The notes under the pieces are model-generated. The model was not told the DNA's origin, ran no database searches, and saw only the letters and a list, made by a program, of their open reading frames with translations. A DNA stretch of 38,960 nt from IMG/VR virus record IMGVR_UViG_2061766007_000212; one strand, 5' to 3'. This document shows, in pieces, positions 1 through 8,287 of the stretch (the stretch's first letter is position 1; every line of letters starts with the position of its first letter). Source of the DNA: an uncultured virus (IMG/VR IMGVR_UViG_2061766007_000212) (taxonomy: Duplodnaviria > Heunggongvirae > Uroviricota > Caudoviricetes). Made by a program: the position numbers and the translations under genes.

Positions 1-36
1 GTTCTGTCAGCAAGTCGAAGATTGAAAGCTGTTCCA

Positions 37-738
37 TCATCCCGCTTCACCTGCTTTCATGGCGGCGATTTCTCTTTCAAGGTCGCCCATCATTTCATCC
101 TGTACCCCGGAATAATCCCGCTGCGGGAAATCTTGCGCCGGGAGAACCTTCATCTGCGGTTTCTTCTTGCCGGTGCCTTTCAGCACGGCTTCCAGATAAG
201 CAAGGGTCGGTGCGCCATGTGTAGCGCATTCGTTGAACCCGGCGAGCAGTTTATCAAGGCCATGATCAGCGTATAAGGCAATCAGCCTGGCACGGACTGT
301 GTTGCTCATCTTAAAGCCGGCATCTTCTGCGGCAGTGAATACCCGGTCGTGTTCGTGCTGGATTCCGGATGCTTCGTCATCGTCTATAAAAGACGATTTC
401 ATTTCATTTCTTTTATTTTCATTTTCTTTCTTTTCTTTTAAGGTTTCTTTTGGTTCGTTTGGGTTTAGTTGGGTTTTATTGGGTTTTATTGGGTTTTGTT
501 TGGTTTTCGGTCTGCCACCTTTAGAACCGTTAACCTTGCAGGTTTCACGCCACTGCATTGCCATATCAATATCCCGCTTTGCTACCGGCCAAATAACCCG
601 TTCATTGCCAGTGAACACTTCGGGTTCTTCGCCCGTTTCAGCGTACAGGAGCATGGCATCGAACAACCGGCCTTTCTCGGAATCATCCAGCGATTGGATA
701 ACGTCCCGGAAGTTCGTCCAAACTTTCAGGTAATTCAT
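37..738 (-). CDS. Phage replication initiator, allele A (DUF6291-like N-terminus, DnaD-like C-terminus)
   Basis: LDDSEKGRLFDAMLLYA...NGSKGGRPK, repeat-coded linker, C-terminal PTLAYLEAVLK. Confidence 0.8.
   Translation of the reverse strand: MNYLKVWTNFRDVIQSLDDSEKGRLFDAMLLYAETGEEPEVFTGNERVIWPVAKRDIDMAMQWRETCKVNGSKGGRPKTKQNPIKPNKTQLNPNEPKETLKEKKENENKRNEMKSSFIDDDEASGIQHEHDRVFTAAEDAGFKMSNTVRARLIALYADHGLDKLLAGFNECATHGAPTLAYLEAVLKGTGKKKPQMKVLPAQDFPQRDYSGVQDEMMGDLEREIAAMKAGEAG
441..510. repeat. Iteron-like ~10-bp repeats (TTGGGTTTTA-like) beside a T-rich tract; probable origin in initiator A
   Basis: ttgggtttagttgggttttattgggttttattgggttttg; T-rich tract ~396-440. Confidence 0.7.
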
Positions 739-740
739 AA

Positions 741-955
741 TCACGCCACCCATCTATACCGGATATACCTGGTTATTTCACCGTCTTCATTCTTGCCGGT
801 TTCCCATATCCGGGAAATATGTTTCTTTACCCACGGTTCAAGCTCGCCCAGCCGGGTAGAGATTTTTGTGATATGCAGCTTTTCCATCGCTTCAAGCGTG
901 GTCAGCCCTCCCGGGTTGTGCTGCAGATACATCAAGATTTTATCTGATTGCTTCA
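741..955 (-). CDS. Small winged-HTH protein (start cut by gap)
   Basis: KQSDKILMYLQHNPGGLTTLEAMEKLHITKISTRLGELE; allele of 3506-3721. Confidence 0.7.
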
Positions 956-965
956 NNNNNNNNNN

Positions 966-1284
966 TGTTCCCTCCAAAATCAATGCATTCAGGATCAGCA
1001 TCGGGATCTTCTCCCCAGTCATCGCAGTGGTCGGTAAGCTCCCGGTCATCTATACCCGGGTTATAGTAGGATTCATCGAGGTTATTCCAGCGGATCGTGC
1101 AGGCTTCATGCTTCCAATCGAAGTTCATGCAGTTCCAGCACCCGTCAGCAGGTTTTTCCTGCGGTTCCGGTTCACCGTACTTATCGTGCATACGGGCTTC
1201 ATGCTCGGAAAGGTAAACCGTCGGATTGTGAACATCAAAGTCACTCATCGGCTCGTTGTCTTCATCGTTATAGATATAAGTCAT
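966..1284 (-). CDS. Acidic Cys-containing hypothetical protein
   Basis: CWNC motif; allele of 3718-4047; GGAGGACTGACAATG start. Confidence 0.7.
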
Positions 1285-1286
1285 TG

Positions 1287-1475
1287 TCAGTCCTCCTCGT
1301 CTTTCTTTAACGCTTCGCACTTGCGATGCCGTAATTCATCGAAAAGCATCCGCTGACATTCGTCATTCACGAACTTGCCTTGAGCGTATAACGGGCAACA
1401 TTTGCAGTTACGGTGACTTCCTTCTACCGGGCGGTAGCAGCAGAACATCGCCTGATAAAAAGTAGTATCTTTCAT
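1287..1475 (-). CDS. Small Cys-rich hypothetical protein
   Basis: Allele of 4050-4238. Confidence 0.65.
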   Translation of the reverse strand: MKDTTFYQAMFCCYRPVEGSHRNCKCCPLYAQGKFVNDECQRMLFDELRHRKCEALKKDEED

Positions 1476-1491
1476 TGTCAGNNNNNNNNNN

Positions 1492-1917
1492 TGCCGGGAT
1501 AACACGCATCCTCGGATGAGGAACCGGCAGGCTTCCGAAATATTCCCGGATTTCCTCGACCTTTTGCCAGTCCTTTGCATCAAGGTAATCGTTGGCGAAT
1601 ATCAGCCGCTTAACCTCGGTAGCTGCTTCCGTCCATTTATGCTTCTCGATTTCGTGCGTCTTCCATACTCGCAGTTCGATTCCTGCCGGGTGATAATCCG
1701 CAAATCCGCTTTGGCCGTCCGGGAAAGTAATCGAGTTGCCACCGATACCGTATTCTTCCTTCATAAATACCGCCAGTTCTTTGATTCCCAGGTTGCAGGA
1801 TGCGCAGTAGATACGCACCCTGCCGCCTTCAAATCCTGATCCTCGTCTGATCTGCGCTGTGAAGTGGCTTTCAACCTGTTCTGTCAGCAAGTCGAAGATT
1901 GAAAGCTGTTCCATCAT
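1492..1917 (-). CDS. Hypothetical protein with N-terminal QLSIF motif (allele)
   Basis: Nearly identical to 2362-2790; end at gap. Confidence 0.75.
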
Positions 1918-2043
1918 CCCGCTTCACNNNNNNNNNNATCCCGGTTCAGCCAGACGATGAACAGGTCAACCCCGCCCCTCATCAGTTCCGACCTTCCAGC
2001 GCAGACACCCTTCCGCATACCTTTACCGATGATCACCGGCAAA

Positions 2044-2262
2044 TCACATCTCCGCATATTCTTCCTCCCCGTCAGCACAGAACCAATCGTCTGATTGCAC
2101 TTTATTGTGATTCAGTTCGCATACGTTATAAAGAACATTCTCACCATCAGTAAAACAGTGTTTGCAATGCCGGCAGGTAACAAGCTCCATCTGCTTCAGT
2201 TCAATCGTTATCGCATCTTTCATCATCGGAATAAAAACCCATCCGTCAGGCAGTCTTGCCAT
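2044..2262 (-). CDS. Small Cys-rich phage protein
   Basis: LVTCRHCKHC...DDWFCADGE; upstream GAAGG. Confidence 0.7.
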   Translation of the reverse strand: MARLPDGWVFIPMMKDAITIELKQMELVTCRHCKHCFTDGENVLYNVCELNHNKVQSDDWFCADGEEEYAEM

Positions 2263-2361
2263 GCTATGACCTTCTTTCGCATTTATCGCCGTTTTTACGG
2301 CGATTTATTGTTGGCTGGATAAATACTCATCCTTGATACCGGACACGGGTAATTCGTGCGT

Positions 2362-2790
2362 TTACGCCGGAATAACACGCATCCTTGGATGAGGAACCGG
2401 CAGGCTTCCGAAATATTCCCGGATTTCTTCGACCTTTTGCCAGTCCTTTGCATCAAGATAATCGTTTGCGAATATCAGCCGCTTAACTTCGGTCGCTGCT
2501 TCCGTCCATTTATGCTTCTCAACTTCGTGCGTCTTCCATACTCGCAGTTCGATGCCGGCAGAATGATAATCCGCAAATCCGCTTTGACCGTCCGGGAAAG
2601 TGATCGAGTTGCCACCGATTCCGTATTCATCCTTCATGAATACCGCCAGTTCTTTAATCCCCAGGTTGCAGGATGCGCAGTAAATACGCACCCTGCCGCT
2701 TTCAAACCCTGATCCCCGTCTGATCTGCGCTGTGAAGTGGCTTTCAACCGGTTCTGTCAGCAAGTCGAAGATTGAAAGCTGTTCCATCAT
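2362..2790 (-). CDS. Hypothetical protein with QLSIF (beta-clamp-type) motif and GSGF/EYGIGG domain
   Basis: MMEQLSIFD; ATGA overlap with the initiator stop. Confidence 0.8.
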   Translation of the reverse strand: MMEQLSIFDLLTEPVESHFTAQIRRGSGFESGRVRIYCASCNLGIKELAVFMKDEYGIGGNSITFPDGQSGFADYHSAGIELRVWKTHEVEKHKWTEAATEVKRLIFANDYLDAKDWQKVEEIREYFGSLPVPHPRMRVIPA

Positions 2791-3503
2791 CCCGCTTCAC
2801 CTGCTTTCATGGCGGCGATTTCCTTTTCAAGGTCGCCAATCATTTCATCCTGTACCCCGGAATAATCCCGCTGCGGGAAGTCCTGGGCCGGAAGTACCTT
2901 CATCTGCGGTTTCTTCTTGCCGGCGCCTTTCAGGACGGCTTCCAGATAAGCAAGGGTCGGTGCGCCGTGCGTAGCGCATTCGTTAAACCCGGCGAGCAGT
3001 TTATCAAGGCCGTGATCAGCGTATAAGGCAATCAGCCTGGCACGGACTGTGTTGCTCATCTTAAAGCCGGCATCTTCTGCGGCGGTTAATACCCGGTCGT
3101 GTTCATGCTGGATTTCGGCGGCGGCTTCATCTTCTATAAATGATGCTTCTGTTTGGTTCTTATTATGTTCAGTTATAATTAAGTTATTATTATATTTGTC
3201 ACGTCCGTTATCATCCGTTAACGGGCGTTGACGGGCGTTATCATCCGTTTTCTTTTGTCCGATCCCTTTACGCCGGTTTTCGGAAGCCTGCTCGCACTTT
3301 TTCCGGTACGCTTCCTCCTGCTGGTCGATATCATCCCGGATAAAATCAAACGCAATGCTGATGCCGCCTGTCAGATCGGGAAGTTCGCCGTCCGCATGGT
3401 ACCTAATCAACGCCCGGATCAGGATGCCCATTTCTTCATCTGTCAGATTCGCCAGCTTTTGCAGGTACTTATCTTGACAGAAGAAACCTGACATTCTTGC
3501 CAT
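2787..3503 (-). CDS. Phage replication initiator, allele B
   Basis: LTDEEMGILIRALIRY N-terminus; C-terminal half almost identical to allele A. Confidence 0.8.
   Translation of the reverse strand: MARMSGFFCQDKYLQKLANLTDEEMGILIRALIRYHADGELPDLTGGISIAFDFIRDDIDQQEEAYRKKCEQASENRRKGIGQKKTDDNARQRPLTDDNGRDKYNNNLIITEHNKNQTEASFIEDEAAAEIQHEHDRVLTAAEDAGFKMSNTVRARLIALYADHGLDKLLAGFNECATHGAPTLAYLEAVLKGAGKKKPQMKVLPAQDFPQRDYSGVQDEMIGDLEKEIAAMKAGEAG
3160..3250. repeat. AT-rich tract plus iteron-like repeats (CGTTATCATCCGTT x2, ACGGGCGTT x2); probable origin in initiator B
   Basis: Read directly at ~3205-3250; AT-rich ~3160-3197. Confidence 0.7.
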
Positions 3504-3505
3504 GT

Positions 3506-3721
3506 TTACGCCACCCATCTATACCGGATATACCGGGTTATTTCGCCGTCTTCGTTCTTGCCGGTTTCCCATGTCCGGGAAATATGCTTCTTTACCCACG
3601 GTTCAATCTCGCCCAGCCGGGTAGAGATTTTTGTGATGTGCAGTTTTTCCATCGCTTCAATCGTGGTCAACCCTCCCGGGTTGTGCTGCAGATACATCAA
3701 GATTTTATCTGATTGCTTCAC
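3506..3721 (-). CDS. Small winged-HTH protein (HTH_39-like)
   Basis: ILMYLQ..GGLTTIEA...ITKISTRLGEI...RYIRY pattern. Confidence 0.75.
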   Translation of the reverse strand: MKQSDKILMYLQHNPGGLTTIEAMEKLHITKISTRLGEIEPWVKKHISRTWETGKNEDGEITRYIRYRWVA

Positions 3722-4047
3722 GGCTCGTTCCCTCCAAAATCAATGCATTCAGGATCAGCATCGGGATCTTCTTCCCAGTCATCGCAATGGTCGGTCAGCT
3801 CCCGGTCATCGGTATCCGGGTTATAGTAGGATTCATCGAGGTTATTCCAGTTCAGCGTGCAGGCTTCATGCTTCCAATCGAAGTTCATGCAGTTCCAGCA
3901 CCCGTCAGCAGGTTTTTCCTGAGGTTCCGGTTCTCCGCACTTGTCATGCATCCGGGCTTCATACTCGGAAAGGTAAACTGTCGGGTTATGGAAGTCGAAG
4001 TCGCTCATCGGTTCGTTGTCTTCGTCGTTATAGATATAATTCGGCAT
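3718..4047 (-). CDS. Acidic Cys-containing hypothetical protein
   Basis: Two conserved alleles; strong SD. Confidence 0.7.
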   Translation of the reverse strand: MPNYIYNDEDNEPMSDFDFHNPTVYLSEYEARMHDKCGEPEPQEKPADGCWNCMNFDWKHEACTLNWNNLDESYYNPDTDDRELTDHCDDWEEDPDADPECIDFGGNEP

Positions 4048-4049
4048 TG

Positions 4050-4238
4050 TCAGTCCTCCTCGTCTTTCTTTAACGCTTCGCACTTGCGATACCGTAATTC
4101 ATCGAAAAGCATCCGCTGGCATTCGTCATTTACGAACTTGCCTTGAGCGTATAGCGGGCAATATTTGCAGTTACGGTGACTTTCTTCTACCGGACGGTAG
4201 CAGCAGAACATCGCCTGATAAAAAGTAGTATCTTTCAT
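4050..4238 (-). CDS. Small Cys-rich hypothetical protein
   Basis: CC...CxxCPLY...C; AGGAGGACTGACAATG start. Confidence 0.7.
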   Translation of the reverse strand: MKDTTFYQAMFCCYRPVEESHRNCKYCPLYAQGKFVNDECQRMLFDELRYRKCEALKKDEED

Positions 4239-4250
4239 TGTCAGTCCTCC

Positions 4251-4754
4251 TTACAGATAGTTTTTTCTGAATATTTCCATCCATTCTTCGTGGCTGTGCC
4301 TGGCTTCAAAAGCGATCTGCGCAAGCCGTTTCAGCGAATCCCCTTTTTCCCGGTTGTATTGCGCTCCGTCCGTTCCGGTATGGCAGTCATGGCAAAGGTA
4401 AACCCATAATCCATACTTTTCGGATAACGGACGGTTCGCAACACCGCCGAGCACATGATGGCGTTCAAGCCCGGTCACCCTGCCGCAGAGGTAACAGCGT
4501 TCTCCNNNNNNNNNNTTGGATTCAAAAGCGATCTGCGCCAGCCGTTTAAGGGAATCCCCTTTTTCCCGGCTATACTGCGCTCCGTCCGTTCCTGTGTGGC
4601 AGTCATGGCAAAGATAAACCCATAAACCATACTTTTCGGATAACGGACGGTTCGCAACGCCGCCGAGAACGTGATGGCGTTCAAGCCCGGTCACCCTGCC
4701 GCAGAGGTAACAGCGTTCTCCGTTTTGCATGATGCTTTTGCTGGGCTTTGCCAC
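4251..4754 (-). CDS. HNH-type zinc nuclease (Ref-like); two overlapping allele fragments either side of a gap
   Basis: CYLCG...ERHHV..G...LCHDCH. Confidence 0.75.
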   Translation of the reverse strand: MAKPSKSIMQNGERCYLCGRVTGLERHHVLGGVANRPLSEKYGLWVYLCHDCHTGTDGAQYSREKGDSLKRLAQIAFESXXXXGERCYLCGRVTGLERHHVLGGVANRPLSEKYGLWVYLCHDCHTGTDGAQYNREKGDSLKRLAQIAFEARHSHEEWMEIFRKNYL

Positions 4755-5260
4755 TGGCGTTTCATCCTTTCCGTTTCTTCCGGGTATGTCGGGATTCCTA
4801 ACCCTTCAGCTTCTTGAACCAGAGAGTCTATTAAACGGCTCATTTGCCTGCTGTCGTATACGGATGAACCGTAATACAGGATCACGTTCGTGCAGCCGTC
4901 TATCCGGCTTTTCAGCGTGTCCGTCTGCCATCCGATGCCGTTCTTCTCCCAACCTTCCCGGAGCCGGTCAACGGCTTTATCCTGTACGCAGACCGTTGTG
5001 CTGACCCCGCCGATCTCCTTGATTGCGTGGCGGTAAACCTCTGACCGGCTGATCCCGGTCTTTTCGGCGATTTTGTCGATGATCACCCAGCAGTAAGCGT
5101 TCGCATCCCGGCTTTTCGCTTTGCTGGCCTTCTTGATCTCGACCTTGACCGCTTCACCTTTCAGGTCATCAAATATTTGTCCGGGGTTATCCCGGGTGGT
5201 GAACGACACCAGCCATTCACCACCGGATAACGGGAGAGCTTCCTTCAGCTTGCCGATCAT
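4691..5260 (-). CDS. NinB/Orf-like recombination mediator
   Basis: SRDANAYCW...IAEK...GSSVYDSRQMSRLIDSLVQEAEGLGI; next to the annealase. Confidence 0.7.
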   Translation of the reverse strand: MIGKLKEALPLSGGEWLVSFTTRDNPGQIFDDLKGEAVKVEIKKASKAKSRDANAYCWVIIDKIAEKTGISRSEVYRHAIKEIGGVSTTVCVQDKAVDRLREGWEKNGIGWQTDTLKSRIDGCTNVILYYGSSVYDSRQMSRLIDSLVQEAEGLGIPTYPEETERMKRQWQSPAKASCKTENAVTSAAG

Positions 5261-6108
5261 GCGGCACCACCCGCCGGAATGAACTTGCGGATGGCGGCAA
5301 ACACGTTCTTCGCTTCATCCATCGTCATGGATTTCCAGTTCGGTTTCTTCGGCAGGCTTCCGCTTTTCGCCAGCTCATCAGCCATGCCGACAATCTGCTT
5401 TTTCGCTTCATCGTAATCTGCGATACCCATTGTTTCCTGAATGTCGGAAATTTCGTTGCGGATGAAGTTAATCACTGTCGGCAACGTCTGCGCTTCCTTC
5501 GGCAGCTTGTCCGATGTGCTGACACTTCCGGGTGCATCCTGATTGATTGGTTTCACTTCCGGCGGTTCGTCATCCGGCTGTTCTGGCTTGTCCGGGGCTT
5601 CCTCACTGATCTCGCCCCAGCGGAAGCAGATTTTCCCGGTTTTCTGGTTCTTGATCTCGATGCCGGTGATCACGCCGTCTGTGTAGCCGATGCCCTTCAC
5701 CGTGAACCGGTCAAAGCAGGCAGGACGGCCACGGTTTTCGGTGATCGTGCAGTCCTTCGAACTGACCCAGATAAACGGGGCTGTGTACAGTTCACGACCG
5801 ATACCCCAGTTGAAGCAGGCACGTTTGAAAGAGTCGGAAGCAAGGCCCTTTTCTTTCTCGGTGTTGCTCTCGGTACCGGTGTCTTCCTTGCTGACCCACT
5901 CGCCGGTCTCCGGGTTCTTGATAGAAACGATGCAGTTGCGGTTATCCCGGGTATGCTCCCGCTTCCAGTTGAACGGGCCAACGACCTCATCGAGGATATT
6001 CTGATCGCACCGGGCATCCTTATAGAGCAGAAGGGAAAGCCCGTTTTCTTTGATCTGTGCAATGCGGCAGTCGATTTCGTCTGCTCGCAGGGTTCTGAAC
6101 ATATTCAT
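5257..6108 (-). CDS. Rad52/Sak-like ssDNA annealing protein, allele 1
   Basis: YKDARCDQNILDE..GP..W; KEDTG...EKGLASDSFKRACFNWGIGRELY. Confidence 0.85.
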   Translation of the reverse strand: MNMFRTLRADEIDCRIAQIKENGLSLLLYKDARCDQNILDEVVGPFNWKREHTRDNRNCIVSIKNPETGEWVSKEDTGTESNTEKEKGLASDSFKRACFNWGIGRELYTAPFIWVSSKDCTITENRGRPACFDRFTVKGIGYTDGVITGIEIKNQKTGKICFRWGEISEEAPDKPEQPDDEPPEVKPINQDAPGSVSTSDKLPKEAQTLPTVINFIRNEISDIQETMGIADYDEAKKQIVGMADELAKSGSLPKKPNWKSMTMDEAKNVFAAIRKFIPAGGAA

Positions 6109-6126
6109 TGAAAATTCTCCTTTCAC

Positions 6127-6155
6127 TTGCGGCCCGGAGAATCATGTGATACAAT
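6127..6155 (+). promoter_or_regulatory. Antisense sigma-A promoter for sRNA-1
   Basis: TTGCGG-17-TACAAT with TGTGn extended -10; identical at 9675-9703. Confidence 0.75.
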
Positions 6156-6161
6156 ATCTCC

Positions 6162-6222
6162 GGGTGGTTTGATTGATTGTCAGTCCTTCGAATTACCTGC
6201 CCGGCTGAAAAGCCGGTTTTTT
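6162..6222 (+). ncRNA. Putative small RNA (sRNA-1): seed hairpin plus intrinsic terminator
   Basis: 11-bp stem 6162-6172/6188-6198 with G-U pairs, loop TTGATTGTCAGTCCT; terminator CCGGCT-GAAA-AGCCGG-T6. Confidence 0.7.
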
Positions 6223-6364
6223 ATTTGCCTGCGTAATACCATGTGATATGCTGGTTCGCCATCGGGCAAACAACGTCCGGCGGGATCCTGTCATCGTAGA
6301 CAAGGTTCAGCACCGACAATACCATGACCGCCAGGATTGCCAGCCACATAATCACCTTCTGCAT
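6221..6364 (-). CDS. Small single-pass membrane protein
   Basis: MQKVIMWLAILAVMVLSVLNLV; allele at 9765-9908. Confidence 0.7.
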   Translation of the reverse strand: MQKVIMWLAILAVMVLSVLNLVYDDRIPPDVVCPMANQHITWYYAGK

Positions 6365-6368
6365 TTCC

Positions 6369-6671
6369 TCACCCCCTTCCAACGTTTTCAGCCAACTGGC
6401 GCAGGTCACATCCGAGGTCTTCCACCTTATAGATCATGTCCCGGATTTGCTTGTTCAGGTCCTTTGCGGTGTCGTAATCTTCCTCGAACTTCAGCAGCGC
6501 ATCCTCTGCGTTCAGCAGCAGGTCGACAATCTGATCCGTCAGTTTGTCGGCCTTCGCCAGTTCCTTTTCCTGCCGCTCGGTTTCTTCTTCAAAAGCGGAG
6601 TTATCTTCATACGGCGGCATACCGTACATTTCGGCTTCCCGGATATATGGAGCATCAGCAATCTGCGTCAT
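6369..6671 (-). CDS. Acidic coiled-coil hypothetical protein
   Basis: DAPYIREAEMYG; allele at 9913-10186. Confidence 0.7.
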   Translation of the reverse strand: MTQIADAPYIREAEMYGMPPYEDNSAFEEETERQEKELAKADKLTDQIVDLLLNAEDALLKFEEDYDTAKDLNKQIRDMIYKVEDLGCDLRQLAENVGRG

Positions 6672-6867
6672 CTTCCTCGGCCTCCTTCTCGATATCGACC
6701 TTCAGCGTATACTGGCTTTCCTCGCCGTCCTTCAGCGAAAACGCCCGTGATGCGGTTTCTGAAATGCTCATCGAAACATGGTCGATGGTTTCGTCATACA
6801 TCCTGACCACTCGCCGGATATCCTCCAGCAAACAACCGATGAGAAATTCACATTCCTGTCTGTTCAT
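6655..6867 (-). CDS. Hypothetical protein
   Basis: AAGGACTGACAATG start; coupled to neighbours. Confidence 0.65.
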   Translation of the reverse strand: MNRQECEFLIGCLLEDIRRVVRMYDETIDHVSMSISETASRAFSLKDGEESQYTLKVDIEKEAEEDDADC

Positions 6868-6869
6868 TG

Positions 6870-7097
6870 TCAGTCCTTCTTTCTCGGAACGATCACCCGT
6901 CCCGTGGTTTTTTTATGCAGGTTAACCCTGCGTTCTGCCGGGTTCCGTTCCCGGCTTTGTTCCCATTCAGCCAACGCCCAGGCCGGAGCCGTCAGCGGGT
7001 TTTCATAATGGAACATCTGCCGCAGATACTTCCGGGCGGTTTTCGCTGTGCAGCCATACCGTTCGGAAATATCGCTGACCTTCAGCAACCGTTCCAT
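6870..7097 (-). CDS. Excisionase-like HTH protein
   Basis: MERLLKVSDISERYGCTAKTARKYLR; follows the cro-like gene; partial allele 10467-10618. Confidence 0.6.
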   Translation of the reverse strand: MERLLKVSDISERYGCTAKTARKYLRQMFHYENPLTAPAWALAEWEQSRERNPAERRVNLHKKTTGRVIVPRKKD

Positions 7098-7099
7098 AT

Positions 7100-7315
7100 T
7101 TAACCCGCCTTTCGTTGTTTCCGCTCGACCGCTGCCCGGATCAGCGTTTCGCAGTCGCATCCAAGCACGCTGGCAACGGTCGGGATCTTCTCGGCCTTCG
7201 GGAAACAGGTTCCTTTTTCCCAACTAACCACCGTTCCCTGCGTTACGCCGCAGGCTTCCGCGACCTGCGTTTGAGTCATCTCCTTCATGACCCGGAGTTT
7301 CTTGATCAGGTTTAT
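7100..7315 (-). CDS. Cro-like XRE HTH protein, probable ATA start
   Basis: MTQTQVAEACGVTQGTVVSWEKG; AAGGAG lies 9 nt before an in-frame ATA. Confidence 0.8.
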   Translation of the reverse strand: MNLIKKLRVMKEMTQTQVAEACGVTQGTVVSWEKGTCFPKAEKIPTVASVLGCDCETLIRAAVERKQRKAG

Positions 7316-7349
7316 TGGAATCAGCTCCTTTCATTTGATGTCTAATAAT

Positions 7350-7390
7350 ATTATATGAAATATTCAAATAATGTCAATAGTTTTCCAATA
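7350..7390 (-). promoter_or_regulatory. Early promoter with operator-like site upstream of the cro-like gene
   Basis: TTGACA(7377-7372)-16-TATAAT(7355-7350); 22 bp identical to 14574-14595. Confidence 0.8.
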
Positions 7391-7399
7391 TTCATTCGG

Positions 7400-7428
7400 G
7401 AAAGAATACCGGGGATATACCGCCCCGG
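7400..7428 (-). terminator. Terminator-like hairpin ending the first early transcript
   Basis: CCGGGG-cggtatat-CCCCGG then TATTCTTT; equivalent hairpin at 8028-8047. Confidence 0.55.
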
Positions 7429-7434
7429 CTCGGT

Positions 7435-7599
7435 TCAGTGCTTCTTCATGAAGTAATAGTATTCGTCCTTCTGGCAGGAATGAGCATCAGCATAATAGCA
7501 TTGTGCGATCTTGTGGACCGCTTCTTTCTCCGTATCGTAAACACCAACGAAATCTTCTCTGCCGCTGGAAAGGTGCCGGTAATATACGTACCACATCAT
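7435..7599 (-). CDS. Small hypothetical protein (MMWYVY...YYFMKKH family)
   Basis: Not in ORF track; homologous to 8054-8221 and 10629-10765. Confidence 0.7.
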   Translation of the reverse strand: MMWYVYYRHLSSGREDFVGVYDTEKEAVHKIAQCYYADAHSCQKDEYYYFMKKH

Positions 7600-7835
7600 C
7601 ACACCTCCTGGTCCTCAACCCGGAAAACCTCTGCAATCCGATGCTCGAAGTTTGCACCGAACATTTCACGCATTTTGCTAATGGCTTCCACCCGGTTCTG
7701 CGCTTGGCAGGTGAACACTTTCCATTTCAGGTCGTGTCCATCAATAAAGCAGACTTTATAGGTTCCCGGTTCGTATTCTATGTATTTCCAGCGTTGCCGC
7801 CCGTGTCCCCATACTGCCCGGAAAGNNNNNNNNNN

Positions 7836-7923
7836 AAACCGTACCCTGCGTAACCCCGCAGGCCTTCGCGAGTTCGGCCTGTGTCATTTCGGCATTGATC
7901 CGAAGTTTCTTGATTCCGTTCAT
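7836..7923 (-). CDS. Second Cro-like XRE allele (5' fragment)
   Basis: MNGIKKLRINAEMTQAELAKACGVTQGTV, then gap. Confidence 0.75.
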
Positions 7924-8053
7924 CTTTTCACCCCCTTTGCGGAAAAATCTTTTTCTGATATTAGATATTATAATTGATTCGTCTGTTAATTTCAATATAT
8001 TTTCTAATAAATTCTGATATTTTTATGCCGGGGATATGCCGCCCCGGCTCGGT

Positions 8054-8221
8054 TCAGTGCTTCTTCATGAAGTAATAGTATTCGCCAAGCTGACCGAGGT
8101 CTTTATCAATGGCGTAGCATTTCGCAATATGTTTGATTGCAGCCTGCGGTGTTTCAAACGTCTGATTAACGCAATCATCCCGACCGCTGGCGATGATCCT
8201 GCAGTATACGTACCACATCAT
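8054..8221 (-). CDS. Small hypothetical protein (allele)
   Basis: MMWYVYCRIIASGRDD...YYFMKKH; AGGAGG SD. Confidence 0.7.
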   Translation of the reverse strand: MMWYVYCRIIASGRDDCVNQTFETPQAAIKHIAKCYAIDKDLGQLGEYYYFMKKH

Positions 8222-8287
8222 CACACCTCCTGTTCTATATATTTCCAGCGTTGCCGCCCGTGTCCCCATACTGCCCGNNNNNNNNNN

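Noticed and set aside
1979..1985. Hammerhead core CTGATGA on the minus strand
   Set aside because: Lies in a coding frame, and I could not build the stems or the GAAA partner
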